From: Vibrio alginolyticus NBRC 15630 = ATCC 17749
Lineage (GTDB): Bacteria > Pseudomonadota > Gammaproteobacteria > Enterobacterales > Vibrionaceae
DNA: 32,000 bases
NCBI RefSeq assembly: GCF_000354175.2
Contig: NC_022349.1
Coordinates: forward strand, 2,730,001 to 2,762,000
Reading direction: 5' to 3'
Part shown: positions 1 through 8,611 of the stretch, in pieces
Layout of the letters: each line of letters starts with the position of its first letter
How positions within the stretch are numbered: the stretch's first letter is position 1
Position numbers and translations under genes: made by a program
Notes under the pieces: generated by a model
The model's input: the letters and a program-made list of their open reading frames with translations, nothing else
Told to the model about the DNA's origin: nothing
Database searches by the model: none

Positions 1-1642
1 CCAACCTAACCGGGTGAACCGTTCCATCTTAGAAGACATGTGGATCTCGGTCGCAATCAATCAAAAGTTGTATAAGCAAATTCGCTTTCTTGATGTTTCT
101 GGTCGAGAAAAAGTGAGGATTAATTATGAGATTGAAACAGGCGCTGCGTTGCCCGCGATCAAATTGCAAAATAAGTCAGAGCGAGATTACTTTCAATTCG
201 CTAAGAACTTAGACGATGGCGAAATCGCTTCGTGGGGGATAGGTTTAGAACGAGAGTATGGCGAGTTAGTCTATCCCTATAGCCCGTCACTGCGTATTTT
301 GATGCCTATTTCGCTTAACGGAAAGCGCGAAGGGTATCTTGTGCTTAATGTTGATATTGACTATTTATCCTCTCGACTCAACTATTCGTCAGTGCTTGAT
401 TTCCATATTGAGCTGATTAAGAGTGACGGATTTTACATTGATAGCCCTAAATCAGCTCGTTTGTATGGCCATATAATTCCCGCTCGCTCTCAATTTAATT
501 TTGGCCGGATGTACCCAAACATTTGGCGTAGTTTAAATTCAAAAGATTCGGGCTATGCTTACAATGGTTCGAATTTGGTCGCGTATCGCACCATCCAGTT
601 TGTTTCTAGCGAACCTCTTCATCTGGTTATTGATCTTACCAATGAGCAGTTATTATCCCGAGCTCAGAGGGATATTGATGACTTAATCCAAGAAGCGTTT
701 TTTGTTCTAAGTTTGGTGCTCGGCTTCACTTTGCCGACGGCAGCCCTTGCTCTGCATTATCGGCGTCATAGTATGGAATCGAAGTTGGCTCGAGCTGCTC
801 TTGATGGTATGACTGCGGTGATGATCTCGGATGTTTCACATAGAATCATCATGGTTAATCAAGAGTTTGAAAACATGATGGGTTACTCAACCAAGCATGC
901 CCAAGGTTGGAGTGCACATCATTTAATTCTCTTACCTGAAGATCTCGAAGCAAACCTGAGTATCTGGAAAACACTGAAGAGTGAACACGTATGGGAAGGG
1001 GAGATTCGTTGTCGAACTAAGTTTAATCAAGTCTTTACTGCAATAATGCGTATTCAGGCGAATTTAACCAAATCAGGTAAAGTGAGTTATTACATTACGT
1101 CGCTGGTGGATATCTCTGGGCAAAAAGAGTTAGAAGAAAAATTACGAAACCTAAGCGAAAAAGATGGCTTGACGGGGTTGTGGAACCGCCGAAAATTTGA
1201 AGAGCAATTGGCGCAATATGCGGGGATTATTGAACGCTATCCTGATAGCCCTCCTGCTTGTTTGGCGTTGTTTGATATTGACCACTTTAAACGTATTAAT
1301 GACGAGCTTGGCCACGACGAAGGAGACAAGGTGATTTGTAGTGTCGCAGAAACCCTCCTAGAAGAAGTCCGCAGCACAGATTTTGTATCTCGTGTCGGTG
1401 GTGAGGAATTTGCAGTGATTATGCCGCATACAACACTAGAAGAGGCTGAAATTGTATTGAACAGGCTACGTGTCGCGGTTCAAATGCGTAGTGATAGAGG
1501 CATTACTGTCAGTGCTGGGTATAGTGATTTAACCTCTGATCGTACAAGAACGTATAAATGTGCTGATATTGCTTTGTATGAGTCAAAAAGTGCAGGGCGT
1601 AACTGCGTATCGCTATGTCATAGTTATGATGATATTGCTTAG
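1..1642 (+). CDS. Sensor diguanylate cyclase (sensor region - TM - PAS-like - GGDEF); 5' end probably cut by the window edge
   Basis: The frame is open from nt 2 to the left edge, with no stop before the GTG at 14, so the true start is probably upstream. The translation has a hydrophobic TM segment (FFVLSLVLGFTLPTAALAL). The GGDEF domain has an intact GGEEF site (RVGGEEFAVIM) and an RxxD I-site (RSTD) exactly 5 residues upstream of it. Confidence 0.85.
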   Translation, partial: QPNRVNRSILEDMWISVAINQKLYKQIRFLDVSGREKVRINYEIETGAALPAIKLQNKSERDYFQFAKNLDDGEIASWGIGLEREYGELVYPYSPSLRILMPISLNGKREGYLVLNVDIDYLSSRLNYSSVLDFHIELIKSDGFYIDSPKSARLYGHIIPARSQFNFGRMYPNIWRSLNSKDSGYAYNGSNLVAYRTIQFVSSEPLHLVIDLTNEQLLSRAQRDIDDLIQEAFFVLSLVLGFTLPTAALALHYRRHSMESKLARAALDGMTAVMISDVSHRIIMVNQEFENMMGYSTKHAQGWSAHHLILLPEDLEANLSIWKTLKSEHVWEGEIRCRTKFNQVFTAIMRIQANLTKSGKVSYYITSLVDISGQKELEEKLRNLSEKDGLTGLWNRRKFEEQLAQYAGIIERYPDSPPACLALFDIDHFKRINDELGHDEGDKVICSVAETLLEEVRSTDFVSRVGGEEFAVIMPHTTLEEAEIVLNRLRVAVQMRSDRGITVSAGYSDLTSDRTRTYKCADIALYESKSAGRNCVSLCHSYDDIA

Positions 1643-1658
1643 TGCTTTTACAAAAACG

Positions 1659-1686
1659 AAAAAACGGGGATAGACCCCCGCTTTTT
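1659..1686. terminator. Bidirectional rho-independent terminator between convergent genes
   Basis: GC stem cgggg (1665-1669) pairs with ccccg (1676-1680) around a 6-nt loop. It is flanked by an A6 run (1659-1664) and a T5 run (1682-1686), and sits between the stop at 1642 (+) and the stop at 1697 (-). Confidence 0.6.
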
Positions 1687-1696
1687 AGTCTCAGCG

Positions 1697-2377
1697 TTAT
1701 TCGCTAGCCAGTATGCGACATTGGTTGTCGATGGCGGCTTCGATACACTGTATTGATTGTCTCAAATAACGCTCTAGATAACCTAAAGCATCCTGACTCT
1801 TTTTGTCTAGCGATGCCTTCATCAGTATTTCTTGCTCATCGAGATTACAGTGCCCAGGGTTCCCTGTGCCTAAAATCTGCATCGCGAAGTATTGGTAGCG
1901 TTTAATTTGCGTGAGTAGATCGCGGAAAAACCCAAACATATTGACAGAGCCAGCACCTTCAAACAGCGCAGTAAGAAACTGATTTTGGCGCTCTTCCCAT
2001 TCCCTCCAGCAAAAGCTTTCGCCAGGTTTTACTCGGGATAACTTGTGATAAGCAGTTAGTACATCCAGTTCCCATTTTTCATCGCCAATCATAATTGCCT
2101 TACTGAGTAAGCATGCGGAGACCATTTGCAGGCTTTCGTACAAGTCATGTAACTCATCTTTACATACAGGTGCAACCCAGCAGCCTTTTTGCGGCTCGAG
2201 TTTGACGTATTTGCTCCAAGATAATTGCACCAATGCTTCTCGAATGGGTGACGCTCCTACGTTGTACTTCTCTTTGAGTTCGGCAACCACGAGTTTTTGA
2301 CCTGGTTTAAGCTCGCCATCGAGAATATCCTGACGGATCATTCTTAATACTTTGTCGGTAAGAGTGGGACTAGACAC
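1697..2377 (-). CDS. GntR-family transcriptional regulator with FadR/FCD-type C-terminal domain (CsiR/GlaR-like)
   Basis: N-terminal winged-helix signature (LVVAELKEKYNVGASPIREALVQL, QKGCWVAP) followed by an all-helical C-terminal domain. The track ORF starts at a GTG at 2383. The in-frame GTG at 2377 has a GAGG Shine-Dalgarno 5 nt upstream, so I prefer it. The start is uncertain by 6 nt. Confidence 0.8.
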   Translation of the reverse strand: MSSPTLTDKVLRMIRQDILDGELKPGQKLVVAELKEKYNVGASPIREALVQLSWSKYVKLEPQKGCWVAPVCKDELHDLYESLQMVSACLLSKAIMIGDEKWELDVLTAYHKLSRVKPGESFCWREWEERQNQFLTALFEGAGSVNMFGFFRDLLTQIKRYQYFAMQILGTGNPGHCNLDEQEILMKASLDKKSQDALGYLERYLRQSIQCIEAAIDNQCRILASE

Positions 2378-2398
2378 ATACACCTCATAGAAACTTTA

Positions 2399-2409
2399 AT
2401 CGTGACGAT
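2399..2409. promoter_or_regulatory. Candidate GntR-type operator (palindrome ATCGT-g-ACGAT with GT-N-AC core)
   Basis: Perfect 11-bp palindrome atcgtgacgat about 20 nt upstream of the GntR-family start codon. It matches the generic GT-N-AC core of GntR-family operators. The position suggests autoregulation. Confidence 0.3.
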
Positions 2410-2483
2410 AAAATTAAACAGTACGAAATTCTGATAGAGGTAAATAATACAATTAGCCTATTATGAGAGCAAGAAAGCCATAT

Positions 2484-2507
2484 AAAAAAGGAGGGCATAA
2501 GCCCTCC
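2484..2507 (-). terminator. Rho-independent terminator of pykF
   Basis: Stem ggagggc (2490-2496) pairs with gccctcc (2501-2507) around loop ataa. On the minus strand it is followed by a T6 run (plus-strand A run 2484-2489). It lies 34 nt downstream of the pykF stop. Confidence 0.8.
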
Positions 2508-2540
2508 TTCTCAAGAAACTGAAGTGTTAAAAGTTCAGTC

Positions 2541-3953
2541 TTATAGCACGTGTACAGAAGCTGTGTTCGTAGTACCTGAAGCAACTAGAGCGCCAGAAAC
2601 CATAACAACGATATCGCCTTTGTTACCTAGACCTGATTCTAGAGCAAGTTCTTTACCCGCTACGTAGAATGCGTCAGTGCTTTCGATTGAATCAACAACT
2701 ACAGGAGTAACACCTTTAGTTAGAACTAGCTGTGCAGCAGTTTTCTTGTTAGTTGTTAGCGCTAGAATGTTTGCAGTTGGGAAGTACTTACGTACTGAAC
2801 GTGCAGACTTACCGCCTTCAGTTGCAACAACGATAAGTGGAGCAGCTAGTTTCTCAGCTGTGTCTACTGCACCTTTACATACTGCTTCAGTGATGCGTAG
2901 GCGTGGGCTGTCTAGACGAGAACCTAGTTCAGCTTTTAGCGCTGAGTCAGTACGGTTCGCGATTTGAGCCATGATAGTTACCGCTTCAACAGGGTATTTA
3001 CCTTTCGCCGTTTCACCAGAAAGCATTACTGCGTCAGTACCGTCCATTACCGCGTTAGCAACGTCGCCTGCTTCCGCACGAGTAGGACGTGGGTTGTTGA
3101 TCATAGAATCAAGCATTTGAGTTGCTGTGATAACCATCTTACGTGCACGGTTACACTTCTCGATCATCATTTTCTGAGCGAAGATTACTTCTTCAGCTGG
3201 GATTTCAACACCTAGGTCACCACGTGCAACCATGATGCCGTCAGAAAGCTCTAGGATCTCGTCGAAGTTATCAACACCTTCCTGGTTTTCGATCTTAGAG
3301 ATGATGTGGATGTTCTCGCCGCCGTTTGCAGCAAGTACTTCACGGATTTCTTGAACGTCAGACGCTTTACGGATGAAAGAAGCTGCTACGAAGTCAACGC
3401 CTTGCTCACAACCAAACTTAAGGTCGTTCTTATCTTTTTCAGATAGTGCAGGTAGGTTTACAGAAACGCCAGGAAGGTTAACACCTTTGTTTTCGCCTAG
3501 TGCACCGTTGTTAAGAACTTTACATTTAACTTCAGTTTCAGTCTTAGAGATAACTTCCATCTCGATTAGACCGTCGTCTACTAGGATAGTGTTACCTACG
3601 TTTAGGTCGGCTGCGAAACCAGCGTAAGTTACTGCAACTTTATCTTTGTTACCTACAACTGAAGTGTCAGTTGTGAAAGTGAATTCTTGACCTGCTACTA
3701 GATCAACATCGTTACCGCCTTCTAGCTTGATAGTGCGGATTTCTGGACCTTTAGTATCTAGAAGAATTGCTAGTGGTTTGCCAGTAGCTTCCATTACTTT
3801 ACGGAAGTTCGCGATACGAGTGCCGTGTTCTTCGTAGTCACCGTGAGAGAAGTTAAGGCGCATTACGTTCATGCCTGCGTTAACTAGTTCAGTTAGCTTC
3901 TCTACAGATTCTGTTTTAGGGCCAATCGTACATACGATTTTGGTCTTTTTCAT
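2541..3953 (-). CDS. pykF: Pyruvate kinase I (470 aa)
   Basis: The translation from the internal ATG starts [16 protein letters not shown], as enterobacterial PykF does. Pyruvate kinase motifs are present throughout ([23 protein letters not shown]). GGAGAG Shine-Dalgarno 8 nt upstream of the ATG at 3953. The 31-codon extension to 4046 in the track has no homologue-like sequence. Confidence 0.95.
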   Translation of the reverse strand: MKKTKIVCTIGPKTESVEKLTELVNAGMNVMRLNFSHGDYEEHGTRIANFRKVMEATGKPLAILLDTKGPEIRTIKLEGGNDVDLVAGQEFTFTTDTSVVGNKDKVAVTYAGFAADLNVGNTILVDDGLIEMEVISKTETEVKCKVLNNGALGENKGVNLPGVSVNLPALSEKDKNDLKFGCEQGVDFVAASFIRKASDVQEIREVLAANGGENIHIISKIENQEGVDNFDEILELSDGIMVARGDLGVEIPAEEVIFAQKMMIEKCNRARKMVITATQMLDSMINNPRPTRAEAGDVANAVMDGTDAVMLSGETAKGKYPVEAVTIMAQIANRTDSALKAELGSRLDSPRLRITEAVCKGAVDTAEKLAAPLIVVATEGGKSARSVRKYFPTANILALTTNKKTAAQLVLTKGVTPVVVDSIESTDAFYVAGKELALESGLGNKGDIVVMVSGALVASGTTNTASVHVL

Positions 3954-4331
3954 GGAAGATACTCTCCGGTAAGTATAGTTACAATTTGAAAGTCGGTTAT
4001 TTACTCTGAAGTCAGGACGTTTTTGATGACATTTAGTACCTGTCACCCACCGATTTTTCGTCTCATTATTAGAACTTCAGATTCTGAAAGTCTTTCACCA
4101 AGTTTAGTCATTTTATGACTAAAAGATCGGCGATTTTGGTTACCTTTTTGTGACTAATCCCACTTTATATGCAGAAAGTTGCAAAAAAATAGCCTTCAAT
4201 TCTGTAATTTTTTTTCTTTTCGGTGGCGAATTCTACCACTGAATGAATCCAATATCACTGTTTAAGAATTGTCTTAGGACAAGGTTTTATCGAGAAATAT
4301 TAATTTTTTGGATCGAAATAAATGGACTTAA

Positions 4332-4371
4332 AAGTTTCGGTTTGACTATAATAAGTTTCACATCGAAACTT
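4332..4371. promoter_or_regulatory. Candidate promoter/operator of the DeoR-type regulator: TATAAT box flanked by AAGTTTCG / CGAAACTT repeats
   Basis: AAGTTTCG (4332-4339) and CGAAACTT (4364-4371) are exact reverse complements. A third copy, AAGTTTCa (4353-4360), forms the palindrome AAGTTTC-acatc-GAAACTT (4353-4371) immediately downstream of a TATAAT hexamer (4347-4352). More CGAAA copies occur at 4314-4318 and 4391-4395. Confidence 0.35.
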
Positions 4372-4386
4372 AAAATCAAAACTTAA

Positions 4387-5148
4387 ATGTCGAAACGAAA
4401 TACTCAATTAAGAAGACACGCCATATCTAACTTGGTTTCTGAACTAGGAGAAGTCAGCGTTGATGAACTTGCTCAGAAATTCGAAACCTCAGAGGTCACG
4501 ATTAGAAAGGATTTAGCTTCTTTAGAGAAAAACGGCCAACTTCTACGCCGCTATGGCGGTGCGATTGCTATCCCAAAGGAAGTCATTCACGAAGAATTGG
4601 GCGCTAATGTTTCGACTCGAAAGTTAAGCTTAGCAAAAGCAGCAGCATCATTGATTCGCGATCATAATCGCATCGTGATCGACAGTGGCAGCACGACTGC
4701 CGCGCTGATTCAACAGTTGAATGACAAACGTGGCTTAGTGGTCATGACCAACTCGTTGCATGTTGCTAACGCCCTAAATGAATTAGAGAGCGAACCGACA
4801 CTGCTGATGACTGGCGGTACTTGGGATACGCACTCAGAGTCCTTTCAAGGCAAAGTGGCCGAATCTGTATTACGAGCTTACGACTTTGACCAACTATTCA
4901 TCGGTGCGGATGGCATCGATCTCGAGCGTGGAACCACGACATTTAATGAGTTGGTTGGCTTAAGTAAGGTAATGGCAGAAGCGTCACGTGAAGTGATCGT
5001 AATGATCGAGTCCGAAAAAATCGGCCGTAAGATCCCAAACTTAGAGCTCGCTTGGCATCAAGTTGATGTGTTGGTGACCGATGCAGATATCCAAGCAGAG
5101 CATAAAGTACAGATTGAACAACATGGCGTGAAAGTCATTTGCGCCTAA
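4387..5148 (+). CDS. DeoR-family transcriptional repressor (HTH plus sugar-phosphate-binding DeoR_C domain), directly upstream of glmS
   Basis: N-terminal DeoR HTH (VSVDELAQKFETSEVTIRKDLASLEKNGQLLRRYGGA) and a C-terminal sensor domain (VIDSGSTTAAL, LFIGADGID). ATG start at 4387. Its position 110 nt upstream of glmS resembles the GlmR-glmS pairing described in Pseudomonas aeruginosa. That comparison is from memory. Confidence 0.85.
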   Translation: MSKRNTQLRRHAISNLVSELGEVSVDELAQKFETSEVTIRKDLASLEKNGQLLRRYGGAIAIPKEVIHEELGANVSTRKLSLAKAAASLIRDHNRIVIDSGSTTAALIQQLNDKRGLVVMTNSLHVANALNELESEPTLLMTGGTWDTHSESFQGKVAESVLRAYDFDQLFIGADGIDLERGTTTFNELVGLSKVMAEASREVIVMIESEKIGRKIPNLELAWHQVDVLVTDADIQAEHKVQIEQHGVKVICA

Positions 5149-5258
5149 TAATGTAATCAGTTTCATATTTTACTTCCCTCTGGATAAAGGCCTTTGCTTG
5201 CTGCCTCTATTTGAAATCATGGCTAGGGAAGAACAAAACTACAAACGGAGATAAACAC

Positions 5259-7091
5259 ATGTGTGGAATCGTAGGTGCAGTAGCACAACGAGATGTTGCA
5301 GAAATTTTGGTTGAAGGTCTACGCCGCTTAGAGTACCGCGGTTACGACTCTGCTGGCGTTGCGGTTGTTGATGGCGAATCAAACCTAACGCGCGTTCGTC
5401 GCTTGGGTAAAGTACAAGAATTGGCTGATGCAGTAGAAGAAGCAAAAGTGATCGGCGGAACTGGCATTGCGCACACTCGTTGGGCGACGCACGGTGAACC
5501 TTCTGAAATCAATGCTCACCCACACATGTCTGGTGATATCGCAGTGGTACATAACGGCATCATCGAAAACCATGAAGAGCTGCGTGAGTTGCTTCAATCT
5601 CGTGGCTATGTGTTTGAATCGCAAACGGATACAGAAGTTATCGCACACATGGTTGAGTGGGAACTTCGTACTTCAGAAACGCTATTAGAAGCGGTACAAA
5701 AAACAGCAAAACAACTTGAAGGCGCATACGGCACGGTAGCGTTGGATAGCAAAGATCCTTCACGCATCGTAGTAGCGCGTTCAGGCAGCCCGATCGTGAT
5801 CGGTTTTGGTGTAGGTGAAAACTTCCTAGCGTCTGACCAACTTGCATTACTTAACGTTACGCGCCGTTTCATGTACCTAGAAGAAGGTGACGTAGCAGAA
5901 ATTACTCGCCGTGAAGTCACTGTGTTTGATGCAACGGGTGAGCTAGTTGAGCGTGAAATTGTTGAATCTAATGCAGAGCATGATGCAGGTGATAAAGGCC
6001 AATACCGTCACTTCATGCAAAAAGAAATCTATGAGCAACCTAAAGCGTTGATCAACACAATGGAAGGTCGTATCACGTCAGATTCTGTTGTGACAGACGC
6101 GATCGGTGTGCACGCGGCAGACATTCTAAGCAAAGTAGAACACGTACAAATCGTGGCGTGTGGTACGTCTTACAACGCAGGTATGACGGCACGTTACTGG
6201 TTTGAAGACATTGCAGGTGTTAGCTGTGATGTAGAAATTGCGTCTGAATTCCGTTACCGCAAGTTTGTGACTCGCCCAAACAGCCTATTGATCACGTTGT
6301 CTCAGTCTGGTGAAACCGCTGATACCCTAGCAGCACTTCGCCTAGCAAAAGAGAAAGGTTACATGGCAGCGATGACCATTTGTAACGTAGCTGGCTCTTC
6401 TCTGGTTCGTGAATCAGATTTTGCGTTCATGACTCGCGCTGGTGTTGAAATCGGTGTGGCTTCAACCAAAGCGTTCACGACTCAACTTTCTGCACTACTT
6501 ATGCTGGTAACGGCACTAGGTAAAGAGCAAGGCCGCATCAGCAAAGAGAAAGAAAAAGAGATTGTTGAAGCGCTGCATGCACTTCCTAAGCAAATAAACG
6601 CGGCACTTTCTTTCGAGAAAGAAATTGAAGCACTAGCAACGGATTTTGCAGACAAGCACCACACATTGTTCCTAGGCCGTGGCGAGTTCTACCCAATCGC
6701 GATGGAAGCGTCTCTAAAACTGAAAGAGATCTCTTACATCCACGCAGAAGCGTACGCGGCGGGTGAACTAAAACACGGTCCTCTGGCTCTAATTGATGCT
6801 GACATGCCAGTTGTTGTGGTTGCACCAAGCAACGACCTACTTGAAAAGCTAAAATCAAACGTTGAAGAAGTGCGTGCGCGTGGCGGCCTTCTATACGTAT
6901 TCGCAGATGCAGACGCAGGCTTCGAAGGCGATGAGACAATGAAGATCATCACTATGCCTCACGTTAGTGAAATCACGGCGGCGATCTACTACACCATCCC
7001 AATGCAGTTGCTGTCTTACTACGTAGCACTGATCAAAGGTACGGACGTAGACCAACCACGTAACCTAGCGAAAGCGGTAACGGTTGAGTAA
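5259..7091 (+). CDS. glmS: Glutamine--fructose-6-phosphate aminotransferase (610 aa)
   Basis: Starts MCGIVGAV, with the obligatory N-terminal Cys after Met. It has two SIS domains and ends AKAVTVE, typical of GlmS. GGAG Shine-Dalgarno at 5247-5250. The TTG-initiated extension to 5211 in the track would bury the catalytic Cys and is rejected. Confidence 0.97.
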   Translation: MCGIVGAVAQRDVAEILVEGLRRLEYRGYDSAGVAVVDGESNLTRVRRLGKVQELADAVEEAKVIGGTGIAHTRWATHGEPSEINAHPHMSGDIAVVHNGIIENHEELRELLQSRGYVFESQTDTEVIAHMVEWELRTSETLLEAVQKTAKQLEGAYGTVALDSKDPSRIVVARSGSPIVIGFGVGENFLASDQLALLNVTRRFMYLEEGDVAEITRREVTVFDATGELVEREIVESNAEHDAGDKGQYRHFMQKEIYEQPKALINTMEGRITSDSVVTDAIGVHAADILSKVEHVQIVACGTSYNAGMTARYWFEDIAGVSCDVEIASEFRYRKFVTRPNSLLITLSQSGETADTLAALRLAKEKGYMAAMTICNVAGSSLVRESDFAFMTRAGVEIGVASTKAFTTQLSALLMLVTALGKEQGRISKEKEKEIVEALHALPKQINAALSFEKEIEALATDFADKHHTLFLGRGEFYPIAMEASLKLKEISYIHAEAYAAGELKHGPLALIDADMPVVVVAPSNDLLEKLKSNVEEVRARGGLLYVFADADAGFEGDETMKIITMPHVSEITAAIYYTIPMQLLSYYVALIKGTDVDQPRNLAKAVTVE

Positions 7092-7116
7092 TTACGCTTA
7101 ACAGCAAAAATCCTGA

Positions 7117-7148
7117 GCGGCACATGCGAGAGTATGTGCCGCTTTTTT
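7117..7148 (+). terminator. Rho-independent terminator of glmS
   Basis: 9-bp stem gcggcacat (7117-7125) pairs with atgtgccgc (7134-7142), followed by a T6 run (7143-7148). An upstream A5 run (7106-7110) could let it also serve the convergent gldA. Confidence 0.85.
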
Positions 7149-7175
7149 ATTTAAACCCATTTTAAGGTTTGTGAG

Positions 7176-8258
7176 TTATTGACCCAACTGGTGAGCGGTT
7201 AGAATTGCAGAGTAGACATTTTCTGCCGTCACTGGGAATGGCATATTGTGGATGGTTTCTCCCTCGGCCGTTGAGGCTTCGGCGACCTCGCGCAACTTAG
7301 CGTGGTTAAGCTCTTTAACGCCCATATCAAATAAGTTGGTTGGTAGACCTACAGAGCGGCAGAATGCAAGAACCGTATTAATCTCTTCCATCGCTGCGTT
7401 TTCTAGTACCAGCTGAACTAGTGTGCCGAACGCGACTTTCTCACCATGATAGAGATGATGACACTCTTCAAGCTTAGTTAGGCCGTTATGAATAGCGTGA
7501 GCACCCGCTAGACCACTGCTTTCAAAACCGATACCGCTAAGGTATGTATTGGCTTCAATAATGTTTTCTACCGCTTTGGTGCTCACACCATTTTCTACTG
7601 CAGCTTTTGCTTTTACACCATCTTCAAGCAAGGTTTCATAGCAAAGTTTCGCAAGCGCTTGTGCTGAACGCGTCGCTAACCCACCAGCCATTGTTGCCTT
7701 ACCAGAAGTCATGTTGGCACGAGCTTCAAAGTAGGTGGAAAGCGCGTCGCCCATCCCCGATACAAGTAAGCGAACAGGGGCTTTGGCGATGACTGACGTA
7801 TCCATGATGACCATGTCTGGGTTTTTAGGGATCATCAAATATTCTGCAAATTCACCTTCAGGTGTGTATATCACCGCAAGCGCTGAGGTTGGCGCATCAG
7901 TCGAGGCAATCGTAGGAACCACCACGACAGGAATTTTTGTGTAAAACGCAACAGCCTTTGCTGTATCTAACGTTTTACCACCACCAATACCGACAATGAC
8001 ATCGTGTTTCTGAGTGGCACAAATGTCCGTGATGCGTTCAATCTCAACGCGTGAACATTCGCCACCAAAAATGTTCATAGCGAGTGGAAGCTTTTCGTCA
8101 GCAAAACTTTGTTTGACGTCATCACCAACCAGGTTAGTCACGAACTCATCGGCAATTACTAACGGACGTTCACCCAATGTTTTCACATAGTGAGCGATAG
8201 ATGTAAGTACTTGTTCACCTTGGACGTATTTGCTTGGGCTGATAATAATTTTGTCCAT
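7176..8258 (-). CDS. gldA: Glycerol dehydrogenase (NAD+, iron-containing ADH family)
   Basis: Collinear similarity to E. coli GldA over its whole length (GIGGGKTLDTAKA, PTIASTDAPTSAL, YHGEKVAFGTL, AEGETIHNMP). ATG at 8258. Confidence 0.93.
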   Translation of the reverse strand: MDKIIISPSKYVQGEQVLTSIAHYVKTLGERPLVIADEFVTNLVGDDVKQSFADEKLPLAMNIFGGECSRVEIERITDICATQKHDVIVGIGGGKTLDTAKAVAFYTKIPVVVVPTIASTDAPTSALAVIYTPEGEFAEYLMIPKNPDMVIMDTSVIAKAPVRLLVSGMGDALSTYFEARANMTSGKATMAGGLATRSAQALAKLCYETLLEDGVKAKAAVENGVSTKAVENIIEANTYLSGIGFESSGLAGAHAIHNGLTKLEECHHLYHGEKVAFGTLVQLVLENAAMEEINTVLAFCRSVGLPTNLFDMGVKELNHAKLREVAEASTAEGETIHNMPFPVTAENVYSAILTAHQLGQ

Positions 8259-8476
8259 AATTCAAACCTTTAACCTTTTTTATGTGTGTTTTGGACTGCA
8301 ATGAATATCCATTGTAGGGATAAGGTTTATATTAGGTTTGGTGTGGTAAGTGGTGAAGGATATCTCTGGTTTTGTTCCATGCTTTTATGACCTTTGTGTC
8401 AAACCGACTGCCAGAAGTAATAAGAATCAGCATGCTTTATGGCGACGATCACTATTCAGGAAAATTTGTCGTTTTT

Positions 8477-8526
8477 CGTTTCATATTGAAACAATAATGC
8501 CGAAGTTTTTGTTTCAATATGAAACG
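8477..8526. promoter_or_regulatory. Paired palindromic sites in the gldA<>dhaK divergent control region (candidate DhaR binding sites)
   Basis: CGTTTCATATTGAAAC (8477-8492) and GTTTCAATATGAAACG (8511-8526) are exact reverse complements, 18 bp apart. Each unit is itself a 6-bp-arm palindrome (GTTTCA-n3-TGAAAC). The right edge lies 86 nt upstream of the dhaK ATG. Confidence 0.45.
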
Positions 8527-8611
8527 GATTGATTTTTGTTGAGCACGCATTTTCTCTGTTTAAGATGAATTCATACCCTACATAAAAATATAAATGGAAT
8601 GAGATAGAACG

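Noticed and set aside
2677-3627. Antisense ORFs inside pykF. Similar shadow ORFs lie inside glmS, gldA, dhaK/L/M, dhaR, mtlD, mtlA, rpoD, dnaG, yqeY, tsaD, plsY and others.
   Set aside because: All lie wholly within strongly supported genes on the opposite strand or in another frame. Their products are Ser/Arg/Leu-rich and low in complexity. They are typical shadow ORFs.
3954-4046. N-terminal extension of the pykF ORF in the track (501 aa from 4046)
   Set aside because: The extension ([13 protein letters not shown]...) has no pyruvate-kinase counterpart. The internal ATG at 3953 has a GGAGAG Shine-Dalgarno and reproduces the canonical [13 protein letters not shown]-terminus.
5186-5195. Palindrome AAAGGCCTTT between the DeoR regulator and glmS as a possible terminator
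   Set aside because: It has no loop and no U-tract and is too short to form a stable terminator. Read-through into glmS remains possible.
5211-5258. TTG-initiated extension of glmS
   Set aside because: GlmS needs Cys as residue 2 because it becomes the catalytic N-terminal nucleophile after Met removal. Only the ATG at 5259, with a GGAG Shine-Dalgarno, provides that.
7092-7175. Possible Tn7-family insertion at the attTn7-equivalent site downstream of glmS
   Set aside because: The 84-nt glmS-gldA spacer holds only a terminator hairpin. There are no TGT...ACA-type transposon ends, no repeated TnsB-like 22-mers and no tns genes anywhere in the window.
8350-8532. 60-aa ORF in the gldA-dhaK intergenic region
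   Set aside because: It has a GTG start without an RBS and a low-complexity, basic product. It spans the inverted-repeat operator pair, so it is better explained as regulatory DNA.
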